This document shows, one piece after another, positions 27,770 through 33,731 of a stretch of DNA of 33,731 nt (its first letter is position 1; each line of letters opens with the position of its first letter). Source of the DNA: Candidatus Woesearchaeota archaeon (GTDB lineage Archaea; Nanobdellota; Nanobdellia; Woesearchaeales; JABGUJ01); NCBI GenBank assembly GCA_018646625.1, contig JABGUJ010000001.1, positions 565,534 through 599,264 on the forward strand, read 5' to 3'. The notes beneath the pieces are model-generated. The model worked only from the letters and a program-made list of their open reading frames with translations, was not told the origin of the DNA and did not search any database. A program made the translations under genes and the position numbers.

Positions 27770-30454
27770 ATGGCTGATTTTGTAAAGATTCAAGAGAAAT
27801 GGCAAAAAAAATGGGAAGAATCCAAGGTTTTTGAAGCCAAGGAAGAACCAGATAAAAAAAAGTTCTATTGCCTAGAGATGTTTCCATATCCTAGCGGTTG
27901 TCTTCACATGGGTCATGTTAGAAACTATTCTATCGGAGATTCTTTTGCCAGATTCAAAAGAATGCGTGGATTCAGCGTACTTTACCCAATGGGTTATGAT
28001 GCAATGGGTTTGCCAGCAGAAAACGCTGCAATAAAGTCAAAAGTAGATCCTGGAGACTGGACTTACAAAAATATTGATGGTATTAAAGAACAACAAAAAC
28101 TAATGGGTTTAAGCTATGATTGGAACCGCCAAGTAAACACTTGTGATCCTGAATATTACAAATGGAACCAGTGGTTTTTTCTTAAATTAATGGAAAAAGG
28201 TTTGGCTTACCGAAAAGGTGCTGAAGTTAATTGGTGCCCTGATTGTAACACCGTTCTTGCTAATGAACAAGTTGAAGATGGGAGATGTTGGAGATGTAAA
28301 CACGAAGTCCAACAGAGAGATCTTGAACAATGGTTCTTTAAAATTCAAGATTATGCTGACCGACTTTTAGATGATATTGATAAGTTAGATGACTGGCCGG
28401 ATAGAGTAAAGATCATGCAGAAGAACTGGATAGGTCGAAGCTACGGTACTGAAATCTTCTTTAAAGTTAAAGACATGGATCTTACGATTTCAACATTTAC
28501 TACTCGTCCTGATACTGTATATGGAATAACGTATCTCGTTTTTGCACCTGAACATTCAATCGTACAGAAATTAATCAAAGGCACAAAACATGAAGATAAC
28601 GTTAATGAGTTTATCAAAAAAGTAAAGAAACAAAGTAACATAGAAAGAACTGCAGAAGGAAAAGAAAAACACGGGGTTTTTACTGGAAGATATTTTGTTA
28701 ATCCTGTGAATGGTGAAGAATTTCCTATTTGGGTTGCAGACTATGCATTAATGGACTATGGTACTGGCGCAGTAATGGCAGTTCCAACTCACGATCAAAG
28801 AGATTTTGATTTTGCAAAAAAATACGACTTACCTATGAAATTAGTTATTTCTCCTGAAGCTTACGATATCAACGTTGAAAAGATGGCTCGAGCATATGTA
28901 GAAGAAGGTGTTTTGGTCAACTCCGAAGACTTTGATGGTATTAATAACAGAGAAGCAATAGATAAAATCTCAAAATTCTTAGAAGAAAAAGGATGGGGTA
29001 AACGCACGGTTAATTACAAGATAAGAGATTGGCTTATCTCTAGGCAAAGATATTGGGGCACTCCAATTCCTATAATATACTGTAAAGATTGTGGTATTGT
29101 TCCAGTACCTGAAGATCAATTACCTGTCATTCTGCCAAAGAATGTTAAATTTACTGGCGAAGGCAATCCTCTGGAAACTTGTGAAGAATTCATTCATACA
29201 ACTTGTCCTAATTGTAAAAAACCTGCAACGCGAGAAACAGACACCATGGATACTTTTGTAGACAGTTCGTGGTATTTCTTAAGATACTGTTCTCCTCATG
29301 AAGATAGACTGCCTTTCAAGAAAGAAGATGCACAATATTGGATGCCTGTTGATCAGTACATCGGTGGGATAGAACACGCAATCTTACACTTACTTTATGC
29401 TAGATTCTTTACTAAATTTGTAAAAGATCTGGGTTTAATAGAATTCGATGAACCGTTCAAAAGATTACTTTGCCAAGGAATGGTTATCAAAGATGGTGCT
29501 AAAATGTCTAAGTCCATTGGTAACACTGTTGATCCTATGGAAATTATTGGTAAGTATGGTGCAGATACTGCAAGAGTGTTCATTCTTTTTGCAGCTTTAC
29601 CTGAAAAAGAGCTGGACTGGAGCGACGAAGGTGTTGCAGCAATATACAAATTCCTCAACAGAGTTTTAAGATTGGTTGAAGATGATATAGATTCTCCTAC
29701 TACTAAAGAACTTGCTAATCGAGATAAACATATGGTTGGCAAGATGCACAGAACAATAAAGAAAGTTACTGACTTGATTGAAGAATTTAAGTTAAGCCTT
29801 GCTATTGGTGTGTTGATGGATTACACTAACAAATTATACAAATATCGTGATGGTCAGATTAACAAAGAAGTATACGATAATGCAGTCAAAGCAATAATTC
29901 AACTTCTTTCACCGTTTGCACCACATGTTTGTGAAGAGATGTGGGAAATGATTGGCGAAAAAGAAATGTTATCTAAATCTTCATGGCCTGAATTTGATAA
30001 AACCATGATTGATGAAGAAGCAGAAGCGGCTGAAGAAATGGTTTCACAAACAATATCTGATATTGCGTCCGTTCTTAAACTTACAAATAAAGAATCTGCA
30101 AAAAAAGTCACTCTTTTTGTTGCAGACACTTGGAAATACAATTTCATGTCAACATTAAAAACGATTTTAGAAGAAACAAGAAATCCTGGAGAAATACTTG
30201 GAAAGATCATGGCTACAGATCTAAAGAAACAAGGACAACAAATTTCAAAAATGGTTCCCAAGTATGTTAAAGATCCTAGTAAGATTCCTGCTACCGTGCT
30301 AACTTTGGAAAAAGAATATGCTGCATTGGTTGAAGCCAAGGAAGCTATTGAATCTGAGTTCAAATGCGAAGTTAACATAGTGAAAGAATTAGAGTCAAAG
30401 GAAGCCAAAGCTCGGCAATCAATGCCATCAAAACCCGCTATTCTTGTCGAATGA
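27770..30454 (+). CDS. leuS: Leucine--tRNA ligase, bacterial-type core with archaeal-type C-terminal domain
   Basis: [46 protein letters not shown] and KMSKS; C-terminal P.KPAILVE. Confidence 0.96.
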   Translation: MADFVKIQEKWQKKWEESKVFEAKEEPDKKKFYCLEMFPYPSGCLHMGHVRNYSIGDSFARFKRMRGFSVLYPMGYDAMGLPAENAAIKSKVDPGDWTYKNIDGIKEQQKLMGLSYDWNRQVNTCDPEYYKWNQWFFLKLMEKGLAYRKGAEVNWCPDCNTVLANEQVEDGRCWRCKHEVQQRDLEQWFFKIQDYADRLLDDIDKLDDWPDRVKIMQKNWIGRSYGTEIFFKVKDMDLTISTFTTRPDTVYGITYLVFAPEHSIVQKLIKGTKHEDNVNEFIKKVKKQSNIERTAEGKEKHGVFTGRYFVNPVNGEEFPIWVADYALMDYGTGAVMAVPTHDQRDFDFAKKYDLPMKLVISPEAYDINVEKMARAYVEEGVLVNSEDFDGINNREAIDKISKFLEEKGWGKRTVNYKIRDWLISRQRYWGTPIPIIYCKDCGIVPVPEDQLPVILPKNVKFTGEGNPLETCEEFIHTTCPNCKKPATRETDTMDTFVDSSWYFLRYCSPHEDRLPFKKEDAQYWMPVDQYIGGIEHAILHLLYARFFTKFVKDLGLIEFDEPFKRLLCQGMVIKDGAKMSKSIGNTVDPMEIIGKYGADTARVFILFAALPEKELDWSDEGVAAIYKFLNRVLRLVEDDIDSPTTKELANRDKHMVGKMHRTIKKVTDLIEEFKLSLAIGVLMDYTNKLYKYRDGQINKEVYDNAVKAIIQLLSPFAPHVCEEMWEMIGEKEMLSKSSWPEFDKTMIDEEAEAAEEMVSQTISDIASVLKLTNKESAKKVTLFVADTWKYNFMSTLKTILEETRNPGEILGKIMATDLKKQGQQISKMVPKYVKDPSKIPATVLTLEKEYAALVEAKEAIESEFKCEVNIVKELESKEAKARQSMPSKPAILVE

Positions 30455-30492
30455 GCAAAACCTTTATAAATTAACAATTCTGGAGAATTATA

Positions 30493-30708
30493 ATGATAAA
30501 CGAGCTAAATACTAAGAAATTGATGCCAAAGAGTGATCTACTCAAAGAACCTGAACATGGTACTGAGTTCTTGAAGGCGCATTCTAATCTTTTAGATTCT
30601 CTTGACTTAGCTGAAGGTGTTGCACCTCACTTAGAAAGAGAAATAAATAAGAGAGAATTGCTCAAGGAGTCTGACATCAAAGATAAGATTAAGACTCTAT
30701 CAAAATAA
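30493..30708 (+). CDS. Small hypothetical protein
   Basis: 71-aa ORF with TTTATAAA 30 nt upstream (30463). Confidence 0.6.
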   Translation: MINELNTKKLMPKSDLLKEPEHGTEFLKAHSNLLDSLDLAEGVAPHLEREINKRELLKESDIKDKIKTLSK

Positions 30709-30717
30709 GGGGTGTAA

Positions 30718-31950
30718 ATGAACGAGGTAATAATACTCGTAGTGCTACTGGCTTTGTCGGCACTATTTTCTGGATCTGAGATCGCATTCTTTTCATTAAG
30801 CCACCTGAGAGTTAGATTTCTTATTGAAAAGAATGTTAAAGGGGCAAACGCCTTACAAAGGTTAAAGGCTAAACCAGAACATCTTCTAATAACTATACTC
30901 ATTGGAAACAACGTTGTTAACATACTAGCATCAGCGATGGCAACAGTTATTGCTATTGAAAGATTCAACAATATGGGTGTGGGTGTTGCAACTGGAGTAA
31001 TGACATTCTTAATATTAATTTTTGGAGAGATAACTCCTAAAGCATTTTCAACCCAACACGCAGAGAAAATAGCTCTAATGCTTTCTCCACCTATGAGAAT
31101 CATTCAAATAATATTATATCCATTAATTTTCTTACTTAATGGAATAAACAAACTTCTAACTGGATTAATATCAAAACCATCTGATTCTCCACTAGTTACT
31201 GAAGACGAAATCAGAAACATCGTTACTGTTGGTGAAGAGCAAGGAGAGATAAAGAAGATTGAGAAAGAACTTATTCATAATGTATTCAAGTTTGATGAAA
31301 TTGCGGTAAAGGATATTATGACTCCGCGGAAGGACATAGTTGCTATCGACATTGATTCGACAACTGAGGAGATTGTAAAAACCCTCTCTCAAACCAAAGT
31401 AACTCGAATTCCCGTTTACAAAGATGAATTAGATCACATTAAAGGAATCCTACGATCTAAGGATCTACTTGATTTCGTTAACAATAAGAACGAGATAAAT
31501 TTAGTGAAATTAATAACCAAACCATTTATTGTTCCTGAAACCAGGATGATTGATTCTTTACTAAGAGAGTTTCAAAGACGAAAAGAACATTTAGCGGTTG
31601 TTGTAGATGAATATGGGTCCATAACCGGAATAATTACTCTCGAAGATCTCTTGGAAGAAATTGTTGGAGATATCTATGACGAATTTGATGAGATTGAACA
31701 TGATGTTATCAAAGTTAATGATAAATTAGCAATCGTGGGCGGAAATGCAGATATTATAAAAGTAAATAAAAAGTTGGGATTATCAATAAAAGAAGGAAAC
31801 GATTACAACACCATCGGAGGCTTCATTCTAAAAAAGATAGGGCACATACCTATGAATGGCGAAAGAATCGCATTTGATAAATTTGATTTAATCATAGAAC
31901 GAACTTGTGATAATCACATTGAAGAATTAAAGATTATAAAGAAAGATTAA
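30718..31950 (+). CDS. CNNM/CorB-CorC (hemolysin-family) protein: DUF21 TM domain, CBS pair, CorC_HlyC domain
   Basis: SALFSGSEIAFFSL, ILIGNN.VN, FGEITPK, IMTPR and VVDEYG...GIITLEDLLEEIVGDI.DE.D. Confidence 0.92.
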   Translation: MNEVIILVVLLALSALFSGSEIAFFSLSHLRVRFLIEKNVKGANALQRLKAKPEHLLITILIGNNVVNILASAMATVIAIERFNNMGVGVATGVMTFLILIFGEITPKAFSTQHAEKIALMLSPPMRIIQIILYPLIFLLNGINKLLTGLISKPSDSPLVTEDEIRNIVTVGEEQGEIKKIEKELIHNVFKFDEIAVKDIMTPRKDIVAIDIDSTTEEIVKTLSQTKVTRIPVYKDELDHIKGILRSKDLLDFVNNKNEINLVKLITKPFIVPETRMIDSLLREFQRRKEHLAVVVDEYGSITGIITLEDLLEEIVGDIYDEFDEIEHDVIKVNDKLAIVGGNADIIKVNKKLGLSIKEGNDYNTIGGFILKKIGHIPMNGERIAFDKFDLIIERTCDNHIEELKIIKKD

Positions 31951-32462
31951 GGAATTCTTGTTAAGCTACTAACTGTATAGTCCTCTTCATCACTTTTTGC
32001 TTCTATTTTTTCAGCATTGCCTTCATCTAAATTCTCAGGTTCTTTTTTCTCAATCTTCACACCAATAAGATCTGCTTTGTCTTTGATCTTTTTAGACACA
32101 GAATCCATATCCTCTGGTTTCATCTGTTTAGGTTTCCATTGAAAATCTAAGCCATCTTTTTCTCGTCGAGCCAGAACATCCATTGTCGGACGTTTATTCA
32201 TAAACAAAGCATTATTACATATGATGTTTGTTCCAACTTGTCCACCAAACATTTCAAATAACGCAGTTGCGGCATAAGATGCTGCATAAAACATTTCTTC
32301 TGATACTTCTTCTTCTACATCTTCTAGACAATCATATTGTTTTTTTGTAAAGACTTTGAGGTGACCATTGGCTGCAGGTTTTTCAGGAAGGTAAATAATT
32401 ATATCATCATCTTTGAACATGATGTTTTCCTTTTTCAGTCCATCAATAAATTCGTCGCTCAT
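31947..32462 (-). CDS. Degenerate HIT-fold protein lacking the histidine triad
   Basis: IMFKDDDIIIYL...PAANGHLKVF.K and GTNI parallel the upstream HIT protein, but the triad position reads PTMDVLAR. Overlaps the upstream gene by 4 nt. Confidence 0.65.
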   Translation of the reverse strand: MSDEFIDGLKKENIMFKDDDIIIYLPEKPAANGHLKVFTKKQYDCLEDVEEEVSEEMFYAASYAATALFEMFGGQVGTNIICNNALFMNKRPTMDVLARREKDGLDFQWKPKQMKPEDMDSVSKKIKDKADLIGVKIEKKEPENLDEGNAEKIEAKSDEEDYTVSSLTRIP

Positions 32463-33484
32463 TTGAATAAATTCTCTATTGTATCTAGATCTGCGCCACT
32501 ATCTTCTTTCTTTTCCTGTACTTCCTTCTTCTTAGGAATTAATGCTGTAAGATCTTCTAATGTTAAATCTGCTAACATGTCTTTGTACTTGGATTTTCTC
32601 AACATTTCCAAAGCGCCTTCTGGATTAGATTCAATTGTAGCAACCAACTCAGGATTCTTTTCAATAATTTCACTTAACACTTCGAGTTTGGTTTTCTTAG
32701 GCTCTTGCTTTGGTTCTTCTTTTTTCTCCTCGACAACAGGCTCTTCCTTCTTCTCTGAACCTTGCTCGGCTTTAGGAGCTTCTTTCTTTCCGCCACCTAG
32801 TTCTGCAACTAGTTCATCAATATCAACTTCAGCAAATAAGGACTGCAGTTGAGGATTAGTTGGAATCATAGACTTGAATTTCTCAGTGTCTTCAAGTAAT
32901 AATGTTTTAACTTGTGGATTTGCTTCAAGAATTTGTAATATTTGATCTTTAGTTACTTTCTGCGGAGGCATCATATTATCTGGCAAAGGCTTTCCGATTC
33001 TTTGGAAATGATTTCTCATCATGATACTGATATTTTGTTTTAATGCGCCTCTAACTTTCTCGATCTCTTCTTCAGGAAGCTCACCAGGTTTAATACTAAA
33101 ATTATCTAAACCATCACCTTCTTCCCTTGGAATAATATGTAACATAAAATGCGTACTTTGTTGTCCGGCTGCATAACCATTAGCAACAAATATTGTAGTG
33201 CCTTGAGAAAGTAATGAACTCTTAACACATCCAGATAATTCTTTTGAAGTTTTAACTAAATCAACAAATGTTTCTGGAGGAATTAAAGGCATAATAGGAT
33301 AATGTTCTTTTGGCATTAGTAAAATATGACCATTAGTAGATGGATTAATATCTAGAACTCCGATTAATTTATCATTTTCAAAAACTTTCTTTGCAGGAAT
33401 TTCACCTTTTACAATCTTACAAAAAGGACAATTATCTTTCTGCTGTTCAAGAGCCTCTTTTTGTTCAGAACTTAATTCTACCAT
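32459..33484 (-). CDS. HIT-family protein with altered triad and long C-terminal extension
   Basis: CPFCKIVKGEIP.KKVFE, LDINP...GH.L..PKEH and NG..AGQ; triad reads HFMLHII. Confidence 0.85.
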   Translation of the reverse strand: MVELSSEQKEALEQQKDNCPFCKIVKGEIPAKKVFENDKLIGVLDINPSTNGHILLMPKEHYPIMPLIPPETFVDLVKTSKELSGCVKSSLLSQGTTIFVANGYAAGQQSTHFMLHIIPREEGDGLDNFSIKPGELPEEEIEKVRGALKQNISIMMRNHFQRIGKPLPDNMMPPQKVTKDQILQILEANPQVKTLLLEDTEKFKSMIPTNPQLQSLFAEVDIDELVAELGGGKKEAPKAEQGSEKKEEPVVEEKKEEPKQEPKKTKLEVLSEIIEKNPELVATIESNPEGALEMLRKSKYKDMLADLTLEDLTALIPKKKEVQEKKEDSGADLDTIENLFK

Positions 33485-33494
33485 TTTGAAAAAA

Positions 33495-33731
33495 GTGGGC
33501 AGGCACGCACTAAGATGGATACCAATAAAGATACTGGCTTAATCTTGGCCTTTCCTCCATTCCGCTACCCTCGGAGCACCCATCCAATGGGTTAGGGCTG
33601 CTATGTTCCCATCCTGACCCAGTTCCCCAAAGAACCGATCCCCGAGGACAGAATTTCACCGTCCAGGTCAAGACCAATATTCCTTAAAGATGCCTCTCCT
33701 AGAGCTTCGACCCCTGCATAAAGTCCGTTTC
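33495..33731 (-). ncRNA. ffs: Archaeal SRP (7S) RNA, 5' end beyond the window
   Basis: Minus-strand helix 8 GGGTCAGG-ATG-GGAA-CAT-AGCAGCCC (33595-33620), a long GC-rich helix 5 and a 3' end GCCTGCCCAC followed by TTTTTT. Confidence 0.88.

Noticed and set aside
29395..31392. Antisense ORFs of 115, 192, 158 and 66 aa over leuS and the CNNM gene
   Set aside because: Overlap well-supported genes on the opposite strand and carry no motifs.
32337..32852. 171-aa plus-strand ORF
   Set aside because: S/F-rich antisense shadow of the two HIT-fold genes.
1..33731. Alternative genetic code or stop-codon read-through
   Set aside because: Conserved genes are full length under the standard code and end at TAA, TAG or TGA where expected.

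Overview
AT-rich archaeal chromosome segment, most consistent with a DPANN (Woesearchaeota-like) lineage. That placement is an inference from archaeal ribosomal and RNA polymerase genes, gyrA, a bacterial-type LeuRS, divergent TrmB/Lrp regulator plus solute-binding-protein pairs, and long K/E-rich protein tails. The content is mostly housekeeping: AmmeMemoRadiSam radical SAM enzyme, scpB, gyrA, THUMP RNA methyltransferase, Sec61beta/SecG, NAC, MinD, the S13-S4-S11-RpoD-tRNA(Leu)-L18e-L13-S9-RpoN operon, a GuaB-family enzyme, uridine kinase, LeuRS and a CNNM/CorC protein. Features missing from the ORF track are an RNase P RNA (minus), an SRP RNA (minus, cut by the window end), tRNA-His, tRNA-Leu, secG, a 46-aa zinc-ribbon ORF and a degraded purF 3' remnant. 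No CRISPR array, transposase or integrase is visible. The best candidate for a new system is the SRP RNA followed 10 nt later by two overlapping, catalytically degenerate HIT-fold genes, one carrying STI1-like NP helical repeats. Also notable are reduced RNase P and SRP RNA structures, a chimeric LeuRS, a GuaB with GMP-reductase-like changes, a paralog-pair/MinD/membrane-protein cluster and structured non-coding leaders. All calls were made by eye, without database searches.
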